Source of the DNA: Octopus sinensis
Lineage: Eukaryota
NCBI RefSeq assembly: GCF_006345805.1
Contig: NC_043021.1
Coordinates: 21,452,001 to 21,516,000, forward strand
Direction: 5' to 3'
Length of the DNA stretch: 64,000 nt
A program made the translations under genes and the position numbers. Each line of letters starts with the position of its first letter. Position 1 is the stretch's first letter. Below, piece after piece: positions 1-13,275 of this stretch. The notes beneath the pieces were generated by a model. That model saw nothing but the letters and a program-made list of their open reading frames with translations. It was not told the DNA's origin and made no database searches.

Positions 1-110
1 TGACTACAAGAAAGATGTCTGTTGACTAACTTTAGGAAGGATGAGGCAAGACTAGACCAGACATTCAAACTGAAAGTGAGGAGGTTATACTAAATAGCAT
101 TTCTTATATG

Positions 111-278
111 TGCGCATGGGTAGTGGCTGTGTGGTAAGTAGCTTGCTAACCAACCACATGGTTCCGGGTTCAGTCGAACTGCGTGGCATCTTGGGCAAGT
201 GTCTTCTGCTATAGCCCTGGGCCGACCAATGCCTTGTGAGTGGATTTGGTAGATGGAAACTGAAAGAAGCCTGTCGTA

Positions 279-325
<47 letters not shown>

Positions 326-550
326 ATGTGTGTGTGTGTTTGTGTGTCTGTGTTTGTCTCCCTAGCATTGCTTGACAACCGATGCTGGTGTGTTTACGTC
401 CCTGTCACTTAGCGGTTCGGCAAAAGAGACCGATAGAATAAGTACTGGGCTTACAAAGAATATGTCCCGGGGTCGATTTGCTCGACTAAAGGCGGTGCTC
501 CAGCATGGTTGCAGTCAAATGACTGAAACAAGTAAAAGAGAGTAAAGAGT
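111..550 (+). mobile_element. tRNA-derived SINE, family A (full length), CR1-type 3' tail
   Basis: A-box-like TGGCTGTGTGG and B-box-like GGTTCAGTC head, internal (TA)n(TG)n, tail GGCGGTGCTCCAGCATGG..CAGTCAAATGACTGAAAC + (AGTAAAAG)n; >20 related copies in window. Confidence 0.9.
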
Positions 551-640
551 AATATATTACAAATACATATACATATTACAAATATATACATATTACATAT
601 ATCATAAATATATAGTATATATATTACAAATATATATATA

Positions 641-855
641 AGGCAAGCTGGCAGAAATGTTAGCACACCAGGCAAAATACTTATCGGTATTTCATCTGTC
701 TTTACATTCTGAGTTCAAATTCCGCCAAGGTTGACTTTGCCTTTCATCCTTTCAGAGACGATAAATTAAGTACCAGTTGTGTACTGGAGTTGATCTAATA
801 GACTGTTCCCTTCCCCCAAAATTTCAGGCCTTGTGCCAAGAGTAGAAAAGAATAT
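641..855 (+). mobile_element. tRNA-derived SINE, family B
   Basis: head GCTGGCAGAA..GAGTTCAAATTCC, core GACTTTGCCTTTCATCCTTT..GATAAATTAAGTACCAG shared with copies at 15036, 46191, 47232. Confidence 0.8.
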
Positions 856-1099
856 CTATATATATATGCAACATACTTTATAGCTATATGTTACATATTC
901 TTATGTATATATAACATATATAATGTTACAGACTGCTGAACTATCCAATAAATGCTGAAAGTGGACATACAATGATAATGAAAAGTGTACACACACACAC
1001 ACACAAACACATACATACATTATATTATATAGATATATCGATATTATAAACTTATAAACATATATTAGTCTGTCTGTCTCTGTCCCTCTCTCCATATAT

Positions 1100-1154
<55 letters not shown>

Positions 1155-1159
1155 CACAC

Positions 1160-1614
1160 ACACACATAAACATATATGTATATATATATGTACATATATT
1201 TATTAGTCATTAGCGTTGATTATTTTACAAGGGGAGTCATGTCTGCAACACTAATGAAGAAAAAATCAGTTTTCTCTTTGTGTTTGTCGGGGGGGGGGGA
1301 GAGGTGGCTCGTGTGTGTGTGTGTGTGCATACGCACACATGCGCATGTGTATGTGTTCTTGTGTATACTTGTATGTCTCCTACCCTGAGTAATGGTGAAG
1401 ACAGAAAGAACCGGAGAAAGAAACGTTGAAAAGAAACAGTAAAGTTATCATATTCTCTTTCTCTCTCTCTCTCCCTCTCTTAGTCTCATTTGGTAAATAT
1501 ATTATATATATACACATATATATATATATATATACACATATATATACACACATATATATATATATACACATATATATACACACATATATATATATATATA
1601 TTATATATATATAG

Positions 1615-1663
<49 letters not shown>

Positions 1664-2000
1664 AACATATATGTATATATATATGTACATATATTTATTA
1701 GTCATTAGCGTTGATTATTTTACAAGGGGAGTCATGTCTGCAACACTAATGAAGAAAAAATCAGTTTTCTCTTTGTGTTTGTCGGGGGGGGGGGAGAGGT
1801 GGCTCGTGTGTGTGTGTGTGTGTGCATACGCACACATGCGCATGTGTATGTGTTCTTGTGTATACTTGTATGTCTCCTACCCTGAGTAATGGTGAAGACA
1901 GAAAGAACCGGAGAAAGAAACGTTGAAAAGAAACAGTAAAGTTATCATATTCTCTTTCTCTCTCTCTCTCCCTCTCTAGTCTCATTTGGTAAATATATTA
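1160..2000. repeat. 495-bp direct tandem duplication bounded by TA/CA microsatellites
   Basis: unique block TTATTAGTCATTAGCG...CTCATTTGGTAAAT occurs at ~1200-1495 and ~1695-1990; identical ORFs at 1176 and 1671. Confidence 0.95.
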
Positions 2001-2073
2001 TATATATACACACAATATATATATATATATACACATATATATACACACAATATATATATATACACATATATAT

Positions 2074-2152
<79 letters not shown>

Positions 2153-2312
2153 CATATATACATATATATATATACATATATATAGTAATAGTCTAAGCAA
2201 TTGCCTTCTAAAGAATCTAGTCTCTCATTAACTTCACAAACAACACCTGTGAGTGTGTTTGACTGATAAAGCCTGAAATAATTAAGCAATAGAGACACAT
2301 TAAGAAAAAGAC

Positions 2313-2348
<36 letters not shown>

Positions 2349-3407
2349 TAACTTACTACAGAAAAATAAATGCAAAAAAAAAAAAAAAAGGAAAACTGAG
2401 ACACGCAGACAGAAGAATGAAACAGGATTACAAAAGAGGATTATATTTAACTCATTCAGGTCATAAAGAATTAGAGAATAATGATAGAAATTCCCCGCTG
2501 ATCAGTCAGTGCAATATTTTTCTATATAATTATTTTGTTTAGTTGATAAACAAAAGCCTTTATGCAGTCACTAATGAAAATTTGATAATGAAAGAGTGTG
2601 GCAAGAAGTTCGTTTCCCAACCACAAGGTTCTGGGTTCGATCCCACTGCGTGGTAGGTTGAGCATGTATCTTGTACCGACCAAAGACTTGTAAATAGATT
2701 TAGACGACGGAAACTTAGAGAAACCCACTGAGTATGTCTGTTTGTGGGTTTATCCCCTGCCACCACTTGGACGACAGGTGTTGGTGTGTTTACATCCCTG
2801 TGACTTGGCAGTTTGGGGAAAGAGACCAATAGGACAAGTACCAGGCTTAAAGAAAAAATAATCCTGGAGCTGATTCAGTCAACTAAAATTTTTCAAGGCA
2901 GTGCCCCAGCATGGCCTCAGTCTACTGAGCAAAACAAGATAAATGATAAAAAAAGGTAAATGCCATATATATATATAATTATTTGAGGGAATATTATTCC
3001 TAACTTACAGGGAAAAATTCAATTTAGAAATACTAAATCAAATTTTTCTAATTTGGACGGTGCTGAGTTGTCGAACATTTAAACCAAATTTTCTCAAAAC
3101 AACTTGTCCAACCGTCTCATAGGCCTCCTCTTTGACAAACACTGATTTAACCTAAATTTGAGACACCAGCAAAAGAAGAAATAAAGATAGACTTTAAAGA
3201 TAAGTACCAGGTTTATAAAAAAATAAGTACTGGGTTCAATACATTCAACTTAAATTTCTTCAAGGTGATGCCCCAGTATGGCCGCAATCTAATGACTGGA
3301 ACATTAAAAGATAAAATACATACACACACACACATATATATATTATATATATATATATATACAGAGAGAGAAAGACATAGGGATGATTGTGTGTTTCAGA
3401 AGTTTGT

Positions 3408-3813
3408 TTACTCTTTTACTTGTTTCAGTCATTTGACTGCAGCCATGCTGGAGCACCACCTTTAATCGAGCAACTCGACCCCGGGACTTATTCTTTTGTA
3501 AGCCCAGTACTTATTCTATCGGTCTCTTTTGCCGAACCGCTAAGTAACGGGGACATAAACACACCAGCATCGGTTGTCAAGCAATGCTAGGGGGACAAAC
3601 ACAGACACACAAACATACACGCACACACATATATATGTATACATATATACGATGGGCTTCTTTCAGTTTCCGTCTACCAAATCCACTCACAAGGCTTTGG
3701 TCGGCCCAAGGCTATAGTAGAAGACACCTGCCCAAGGTGCCACGCTGTGGGACCGAACCTGGAACCATGTGGCTGGTAAACAAGCTACTTACCACACAGC
3801 CACTCCTGCGCCT
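3408..3813 (-). mobile_element. SINE family A (full length)
   Basis: reverse complement of the 111-550 element. Confidence 0.9.
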
Positions 3814-4710
3814 ATCCTGAGATAGTTTGCCAACTATCTCAGATTCTGTCTCCTACTAAAGCCTTGTGAGTGGATTTAAAAGATGAAAACTGAAAAAAGA
3901 TCATTGTGTGTGTGTGTGTGTTTGTGCCTTGATATCATGTGTTGGTTGTAAAAAAAGTCATACAAGCAATTTTTTTTGTGTTCAGTCGTTAGTGGAAAAC
4001 ATGTCTGGCCGTGGGAAATTGTACCTCACTTGGAAACAGGTAAATCGTTGCCAACAGGATGTGCATCCATCCATAGAAAATTCACCTCAACAAATTCCAT
4101 GTGATCCATGCACACATGGAAAATAGATGCTAAATCATAACATGTGCACACACACACACACACACACATATGCCTAAGGCCATATGTGATGAGCCCTGCT
4201 ACGGTTCCATCAAAAGTCAAGAGCCCAGGGCAAAATACAGTAAATATCACATTCAGACCAAGAACCAAAGCACTTGTACGTGCTTGAAACCCAAACACTG
4301 TACATACCCAAGGCCCCCCCCCACACATGTATTCACAGAACTACATTCAGTTATGAGGTGGAAGCATGCAGTATAAGCAAATCTACAGAAATAATATTAT
4401 TGTAATGGCGTAGAAGGAATAAAAACCATTTTTCTTTATTGCAATTCATGAAATATGTCTTCTCGAATTTGTTGATTGGATTGAGTAAATTGCTAATTAT
4501 GTTTACACTGGTTCACTTTTTTTAGGAGGTGGTGGTGGTGGTGGTGGTGGTGATGGTGGTGGGGAGTGGATTATTTCTAAGTAATTTGCACAATCACGAT
4601 GATGATGATGATGATGATGACTACCAGTAAGATTTCAGGAAAAATCAAATATTAGGAGCAGGCAGACTGATGCCTTGTGAGTGAATTTGGTAGACCGAAA
4701 CTGCATGGAA

Positions 4711-5038
4711 GCTCAGTGGTTAGAGCGTCGAGCTTACAATCGTGAGGTTGTGAGCTCGAATCCTGGACCAGGCTGCGTGTTGTGTTCTTGAGCAAGACTC
4801 TTTATTTCATGTTGCTCCAGTTCACTCAGCTGTAGAAATGAGTTGCAATGTCACTGGTGCCAAGCTGTATCGGCCCCTTTGCCTTACCCTTGGATAACAC
4901 TAGTGGCGTGGAGAGGGGAGGCCGGTATGCATGGGTGACTGCTGGTCTTCCATAAACAACCTTGCCCGGACTTGTGCCTGGGAGGGAAACTTTCTAGGTG
5001 CAATCCCATGGTCAGTGTCGTGACCAAAGGGAGTCTCA
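4711..5038 (+). mobile_element. tRNA-derived SINE with TGTGTYCTTGAGCAAGAC core and a distinct 3' tail
   Basis: A/B-box head GCTCAGTGGTTAGAGCG..GAGCTCGAATCC; core shared with the 7852 copy; different tail. Confidence 0.75.
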
Positions 5039-5467
5039 GAGATAGATATATATATATATATATATACAACACACACACATACACGTGTGTCTTTCTGTTT
5101 GGCCAACACCACCAATTGACAACCATTCTTGGTTTGTTTATACCCCGGTAACTTAACAGTTTAGTAAAAGAGAATAGAATGAGTACCTAACTTAAAATAG
5201 GTTCTGGGCTCGATTTGTGTATTTTAGTCTATTGAGAATTGGACAATCTACCATTGTTAATGCAACACTTATTAAAACACATTCTATAAAATTTATTCAG
5301 TTATCAAATTGTAAAAATATTTTCAGAAATGACAGATTGGTCCTTCTCTTTCCACATATATATAGAGAGACAGATAGAAAAATGAATGCAATGTGTATGT
5401 GTTCACAGTCACACACAATTCGTTTATCTTTACATATGCATACGTGTGTGTGCATGCACACACACAC

Positions 5468-5498
<31 letters not shown>

Positions 5499-6180
5499 TT
5501 ATATATATATATATATATATACATACATACATCTTGGATGGTCATAATCTAATGACTGAAGCTCACAAGTTTTGAAATGGCAAATTCCAACTTCTCATGA
5601 GATGACCATTAAAGTTTGAATTACAACACTTAACAAAGAACACCAGACAAAAGGGAATAAACACAGGTCATAGATTTAAAGCGAAGAAGACTGGAACTGC
5701 AACGGTATGAAAACAGAGAGCTTTTTAAAGTCTCTGGAATGGAAACGTCGGCTTCCACTCTCCTTTAATGTGTTCGTCTTGGATTCATACAGCATTGATG
5801 TTAAAAGACTTCTTAAATGGAACGACCATTGTGGCTGCGAGTGTTGTGATTATTAACTGTTGGTACTTAGCCCTAGGTCACTTCTGATCCAGTAGACCTA
5901 CTATGAAAGGCATTCCAGCTGTGCCCATCCTGACTTTCTGTGTAGCCAGGACTCCATTGTGTGAAGTGTTATTTATTTAACCTCACTGACACCTACCGTT
6001 CATCATTCATAACATTTCAAATGCTCTGCTCTCGTGGAAAGAGAATGATAACACTGAGAGCTTGGACAAGATCTATCGGTTCGGTTCTTTATGTTTGAAC
6101 AATGTCGTTTATGTGGAAGCAATTGTATTTACATGATGGTTGCAGCAGAATTCTTGGTATCTGAATAACATACCTGTATA

Positions 6181-6575
6181 CTCTTTACTCTTCTACTTGT
6201 TTCAGTCATTTGACTGCGGCCATGCTGGGGCACCACCTTTAGTCGAGCAAATCAACCCCGGGACTTATTCTTTGGAAGCCCAGTACTTATTCTATCGGTC
6301 TCTTTTGCTGAACCGCTAAGTGACGGGGACGTAAACACACCAGCATCGGTTGTCAAGCAATGCTAGGGGAATAAACACAGACACACAAACACACACACAT
6401 ACACATATATATATACATATATACAACGGGCTTCTTTCAGTTTCCGTCTACCAAATCCACTCACAAGGCATTGGTTGGCCCGGGGCTATAGCAGAAGACA
6501 CTTGCCCAAGATGCCACACAGTGGGACTGAACCTGGAACCATGTGGTTGGTAAGCAAGCTACTTACCACACAGCC
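6181..6575 (-). mobile_element. SINE family A
   Basis: match to family A along its length. Confidence 0.9.
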
Positions 6576-6585
6576 TATCATCATT

Positions 6586-6815
6586 TTAACCCTTTAGTGT
6601 TCGCATTATTCTGCTAAAATTAATGCTTCTTCATCCACATTGTTTTGAATTAATCATTCATTAATCTTGTAGCGAAGAGATTTTGATGAGGTAGCTGTTA
6701 ATTTTTAAAACAATATTGTAGGGTTGGTGTGAGAGACCAGATCTGGCCAGTTTGAACATAAAACAGGCAGAATACTTTTGGCCGGATATGACCAGTTTAA
6801 ATGCTGAAGGGTTAA
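6586..6815 (-). mobile_element. piggyBac-type MITE (TTAA target)
   Basis: TTAA-CCCTTTAG ... CTGAAGGG-TTAA termini; reverse-complement copy at 18547-18776. Confidence 0.8.
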
Positions 6816-7851
6816 TGTCGATTTTCCTATGTTTGCCTGAGTTTCACAGAATTCATTAATGCAGGACATTCTATGGCCAGATGCCCTTCCTGTCACCGAC
6901 ACTTACCTGTTTGTAGGTAAGGCAATATTTCCCTATCTTTTATCGTATCTTTTATTTGTTTCAGTCATTAGAGTGTGGCCATACAGGAGCACTGCCTTGA
7001 AGAATTTTCAGTTAAATAAATTGACACCAGTACTTACTTTTTGTTAAGCCTGGTATTTATTCTATTGTTCTCTATTGCCAAACTATTAAGTTACAGGGAC
7101 GTAAACACACCAACACCAGTTGTCAACCAGTGGTGGTGGTGGTGGGGGAGGGCAAACACAGGTACAAAGACACACTCACACACATATACATACGATGGGC
7201 TTTGTTCAGTTTCCGTCTGCCAAATCCATTCACAAGGCTTTGGTCAGTCCAAGGCTATAGTAGAAGACACTTGCCCAAAGTGCCAGGCAGTGGGACTGAA
7301 CCAGGAATTATGCAGTTGGAAAGCAAACTTCTTACTACACAGCCACACTTGTGCCTATGGCCAGACATTTTTTTCCAGAAGGAAAGGGAATGGAGGAGGA
7401 GGAGGACGACGACAACAACAACAACTGTATGGCAATGATGCTCATTTACAACAATGATGTCAAAACAAAGATACACACACACACACACACACACATATTT
7501 GAAGGCAAGGGGCCAAGTGATTAAAATGTTGCACTCACAACCCCTGCAAGATCCTGGTTTCGATCCCTGGACCAGGAAGTGTTGCTCGTATTGCTCCAGT
7601 CCACTCAGCTGTAAATGAGTAACCTTGGTAACCCTGTGATGGAATGGCCTTCTGGTCAGAGGCATTGCTTTGCTCTCGGTCACTTATACAACATGGAAAC
7701 CAAGTAAACCATCCATGAGTGTCCAACTACCTTCATTTTCCAAGCAAGGAAATATTTCCCTGTAGTCAGACATGTTTACACAGAAGATTGGAAATGAAGG
7801 CTGCTGCTGCTGGTATTGCTGTTGGTTACCTCAAGCACCTGAGGATAACTC

Positions 7852-8186
7852 GTGAAGGCGCGTGGCTTAGTGGTTAGGGCATTCAACTGACGATTGTAAG
7901 GCCATGAGTTCGATTCCCGGCAATGAGTTGTGTCCTTGAGCAAGATAGTTTATTTCACGTTGCTCCAGTCCACTCAGCTGGCAAAAATGAGTTGTACCTG
8001 TATTTCAAAGGGCCAGCCTTGTCACACTCTGTGTCACTCTGAATCTCCCTGAGAACTACATTAAGGGTACACGTGTCTGTGGAGTGCTCAGCCACTTACA
8101 CGTTAATTTCACGAGCAAGCTGTTCCGTTGATCGTATCAGCTGGGACCCTCGTCGTCGTAACCGACGGAGTGCTCCTATATATATA
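7852..8186 (+). mobile_element. tRNA-derived SINE, family C (full length) with 12-bp TSD
   Basis: head GGCGCGTGGCTTAGTGG..GAGTTCGATTCCC; TSD TGAGGATAACTC at 7840-7851 and 8187-8198. Confidence 0.9.
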
Positions 8187-8552
8187 TGAGGATAACTCTA
8201 AGAAGCACTAGAGCTGCAGATGAATCACCTCATCCATTCATCTTGAATGGATGAAATGTTGAAGCATGTTGCTTTTTCCGAATATTGTCAGCAGTTTCAA
8301 AAGTAGTATTATTTTTAAAAGAACGGCTGAAATACCTCCAATTATTTGCCAATACAGGCAAGAAATGTGTTCTCCTGATCTATGCTACAAAGAGCATCAC
8401 TTCTGCTTGATTGAATATAAATATATGCAACATCTAATTGGCATTAGTATTACAGCCAGCCAATAGAGAACTGTACATATGTTTTGCAAATGTGGAAGGT
8501 ATATAAGTATGTGTGTGTGTGTGTGTTACTTCTGTTTGAATTTATTGGTATC

Positions 8553-8968
8553 TCTCTTTTACTCTCTTTTACTTGTTTCAGTCATTTGACTGCGGCCATG
8601 CTGGAGCACCACCTTTAGTCGAGGAACTCGACCCCGGGACTTATTCTTTGTAAGCCCAGTACTTATTCTATCGGTCTCTTTTGCCAAACCACTAAGTGAC
8701 GGGGACATAAACACACCAGCACCGATTGTCAAGCAATGCTAGGGGGACAAACACAGACACACAAACACACACACATACACATATATATATATATATACAT
8801 ATATACAACAGGCTTCTTTCAGTTTCCGTCTACCAAATCCACTCACAAGGCTTTGGTCGGCCCGAGGCTATAGTAGAAGATACTTGCCCAAGGTGCCACG
8901 CAGTGGGACTGAACCCGGAACCATGTGGTTGGTTAGCAAGCTACTTACCACAAAGCCACTCCTGCACC
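8553..8968 (-). mobile_element. SINE family A (full length)
   Basis: match to family A along its length. Confidence 0.9.
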
Positions 8969-9752
8969 AATCCAAGTTTGATATAGTAAACCAATTTCAC
9001 TTAACACTGAGTGCTTTCTACATACCGACCTGAATTTAGTAATCCCTTTACCTCTTGTGTGTGTGTGGTTAAGAAGTTTGCTTTGCGACAACATAGTATT
9101 GGGTTCAATCCCACTGCATGGTACCTTGGGCAAGTATCCTTTTCTATAGCCCCGAGCTGATCAGTGCCTTTTGAGTGAATCTAGTAGACAGAAACTGTGT
9201 GGAAGCCCATTGGGTATATGTGCATGTGTGTGTGTGTTTCTACATTTGTGTTTATTCCCCAACACCGATTGGGAACCAGTGTTGGTTTGATTATGTTCCT
9301 GTAACCTAGAACATCAGCAAAAGAGACTGAAGAACAAGTACCAGACTTTACAAAAAAATGGAAAAAAATATGTACTAGGGTTGATTTGTTTGGCTACTAA
9401 ACCCTTGAAGGCAGTGCCCCAGCTTGGCCACAGTCTGACAGCATGGCGTCTTGAGCAAGTGTCTTCTACTATAGCCTTTTGCCAACTAAAGCCTTGTGAG
9501 TGGATTTGGTAGATGGAAACTGAAAGAAAGCTGTTTTGTGTGTGTGTGTGTGTGTGTGTTTGTCCCCCCCCCCCAACAACGCTTGACAACCGATGTTGGT
9601 ATGTTTATGTGCCCATAACTTAGTGGTTCAGCAAAAGAGACCGATAGGATAAGTACTGGGCTTACAAAAGAATGAGTCCCGGGGTCGATTTGCTCGACTA
9701 AAGGCGGTGCTCCAGCTTGGCCGCAGTCAAATGACTGAAACGAGTAAAAGAG

Positions 9753-9806
<54 letters not shown>

Positions 9807-10810
9807 AGGCCATGCTGGAGCACCACCTTAAAGGGTTTTCAGTTGAAGAAATTGACCCTAGGACTTATTCTTTGTAAACCTACTACTTATTCTGTTGTTC
9901 TCTTTTGTGAAACCAGTAAGTTATGGGGACATAAACACACCAACATCGGTTGCCAAGCAATGGGCTTACAAAGGGTCGAGCTGCTCGATTAAAGGCGGTG
10001 CTCCAGCATGGCCACAGTCAAATGACTGAAACAAGTAAAAGGGAGAGTGAAGAGTAGAAACCTAGTAGTGAAATAACCAGCCTGCTTTACATACTGAAGC
10101 CTCTGCTAGTATCAGTGTGCATGTTTATTGCACGTCTGTACACACGCATGCACATGTGCGCTTGTAGGCATTCATGAGTAGGCTTTTAATGCATGCAGCT
10201 AATTTCAAACCCAGAGCATGGTTCAGTAAACAAGTTATATGGAGTTTTGCTCTCATGTCTCTTTTTGTTTCCCCCCTTTGGTTAAAATATTATAACTTAT
10301 CTTCAAGGATATGCGGGTGTAAAGGGCCGCTGCATCAAGAATTAGTGAGTATATAAACAATTCGAAAGTCAAATAAATTGATTTGATGCGAGAAAGAGGG
10401 GGGGAAAAAATAATAATAAAATGTGTAACAATTTCGGACAATATTCTTCTTCGGACAAAGGATACAGCTGCCAAAACCAGCAAACCAATTTATTCTACTT
10501 GTGAACTGTTCTTACTTCAAAGTTGGGGTATTAGCGAGTAAGAAGGGAATCCAGCTGTAAAAACTATTGCAGCAACAAAATTGCTAATAATGTCCATTTA
10601 TCTTCTCCATACTAACATCAAAAGACGAACGAATACAATTTTTTTTTTAAATCAAAAGAAATGATTCTGAAGCAGAAAATCATAATGTATTTTATAAACG
10701 TATATATATATATATATATATATATATACCGGAGTAAACACATAAATGTGAAACAAGGTGGAAAAAAAGAGTACTCAAATACCAGTGGTAGAGTAATACA
10801 TACATATATG

Positions 10811-10881
<71 letters not shown>

Positions 10882-11755
10882 GTACACACACAGGCACACA
10901 TGCATATATATATATAGTCACAATAAATGGGCCCTCTCTTCTACTAATTCTTGCATTCAGATAGTCAGTACAAGAATAAGCAATGGTCTACCAACAACAA
11001 AAATCATGCCTACAAGGTTGCCTTGAACCGAAGATTCACTGTGTGACCAAATCAACTTACTGGAAAGAGCAGCCAAAATATTCCAGGCGAGGACAAATTA
11101 GATAATATAGTTCATCATCATCAAAAGAGTAAAGAGTAAAGAGTACTGTTTCTACTTGACGGATTTTCTCCTCTCATGGTGGGTCTTGGAAGGTAACACC
11201 CGCAATAGTCGAGAGATTACTTTACATACAAATACATATATTACACTTACATTCATAAAAGCACATCAAATGATTTCAGCTAATCACAACTTACCTGTGA
11301 AAATTAGTAGCATGATAGTACCTTTAGTTATCTACATATTTGTTTTTTTTTTTTTTTTTTCATTTTGTAATTCTTTCTTTTTTTTATTATCTTTTGTTTT
11401 TTTTTTGTTTATTTTAGCCCACTAAACATTGTTCAGTAACAAATATTTATTAGTTTTCCAAAAAACAAAAGAAAACGAAATGCAAATATCATTTAACGAA
11501 TATTTATAGTAAGAAAATTTTTTTTCACTCACCTAGCCAAACAGGGAATTAATTCTGAAAAAAATAAAGATGAAAAAACCCATAAATAAATATATAAAAC
11601 AAATGAGATGAGACATGAAATATGAAATTCTGTGCCAAAGGCACTTGTTAAGACAACGTATAAATAACATATTCAATATAAGAGCCTCTTCATGGATACT
11701 TCAGATGCTAGAAATAACAACTAAATCTGATTTCAAAAATACACATCCTGTGTTC

Positions 11756-12403
11756 TCTATATTATAATTCTGAAATGCGAAAAGTTTGTTTGTTTGTTTG
11801 TCTGTTTGTCTGGTTTTGGCATTGAGAACGGGTTAAAGGCCACTAGATCCCGTCATATTGACTCCAAAATTTACAGGGACATGTAAAATGAGATGTGGAT
11901 GCGAGTGGGCTAGGTTAGAAATCCCCATCTTAAAAGGTGTCGTTGCTAGGGCCAAAAACGCACTTTGACAAGTCTACTCTCATTCTTTTATGTATCTGTC
12001 TTCCTCCATCACTCACTCTCTTTCCTCCCTTCCTTTCACATTCTATCTATGATATTTCACAGCGTCTACCTCCCTTACCTTCACTTTCTCTCTATAACGT
12101 CGTTTCACAGCGTCCTATCCCCCGCCGCCTACGACAGCGCTTTCACACTCTCTCTCTACGTCTGTCTGCTTTCATAGAGAGAATTATCATCGCCACCACC
12201 ACCACACAATCATGAGAACAAATATTATGAATCAGATATTTATTGGATTAATTCATATATGTGTATGTGTTCTATATATAAATATGTATATATAATGTAT
12301 ATATACAAAGTGTATATATCTGTATTGATATATATATAATTTGTATACATTTATATACATACCACACTCCTACCCGCACGTAGAGCGGGTCCCCTCAAGC
12401 TAG
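11756..12403 (+). mobile_element. non-autonomous Helitron
   Basis: 5' TCTATATTATAA followed by (TTTG)n; 3' hairpin ACCCGC-ACGTAGA-GCGGGT (12372-12390) then CTAG (12400-12403) followed by T. Confidence 0.8.
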
Positions 12404-12921
12404 TTATATTATAAAGGCAAGAAAGCAGATCAGATAACAAAGTCCATGCTTTGGTTTTTCTTTTAAATTTCTATTTCTTTGTGTTTAGTTATCACAGTTC
12501 AGGGTATGCTGGAGCAGAGTTTAAGAAAAAAGGAAAAGATGGGACAGTCATAACTGGAATGACTCTTATTATAAGTTCGTTCAAACAGGACTAGTCTGAT
12601 GTTAAACAAGTAGGAGAATATTGTAAAAATGCAAAAAATAACCTCTTCGTAGATTCAGGTGTGGTTAAACAGTTAAGAAGCTTGCAAACCAATGGTCTTG
12701 TGTTCAATCTCTGTGCGATACCTTGGGCAAGTGTATCGGCAAGTATCAGCTTGGGCCAACCAAAGCCTTGTAAGTGGATTTGATAGATGGAAACAAAGAA
12801 GCCTGGGATGCATGTGTGTGGGTGTGTATTTTCGTCTGCCACTACTGCTTGACAACTGGAGTTGGTTTGTTTACATCCCTATAACCTAACAGTTCAGCAA
12901 AAGATACCAATAGAATAAGTA

Positions 12922-13275
12922 CCCGTCTAACATCCGTGGACATGTTTACAAAGTCAGAAAACAGCACAGCTCCCATGACTTTCGGAAACATTTTTTTCAT
13001 GCTGAGAGTTGCTGAAGCATGGAACAAACTGCCGGCATCAGTTGTTAGTTGTCGGAGCACTGCATCCTTCAAAACTTCCATGCTTTCTGAGATTCGCCAA
13101 CACTACACCTGATTTTCTCCCCTCCATACACACACAAGCATGTATCTGACTCATACACTGTTCACTTCCCAGACATTTGTACATTACTGCATGTACTTTA
13201 TATGCACTTTCTGACAAGTTGTGGTGCACCTGAGCACTGTAAACAATTTCATTATTATTATTATTATTATTATAA
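12922..13275 (+). mobile_element. CR1/L2-clade LINE 3' fragment (ORF2 C-terminus, 3' UTR, (ATT)n tail)
   Basis: manual translation NIRGHVYKVRKQHSSHDFRKHFF/MLRVAEAWNKLPASVVSCRSTASFK follows the CR1 C-terminal RGH..R..FF..RV...WN.LP motif. Confidence 0.8.

Noticed and set aside
85-378. Recurrent ORFs such as MSSNARGTNTDTQ.., MLGGQTQTHKH.., MTTDAGVFTSP..
   Set aside because: Chance translations of SINE family A copies
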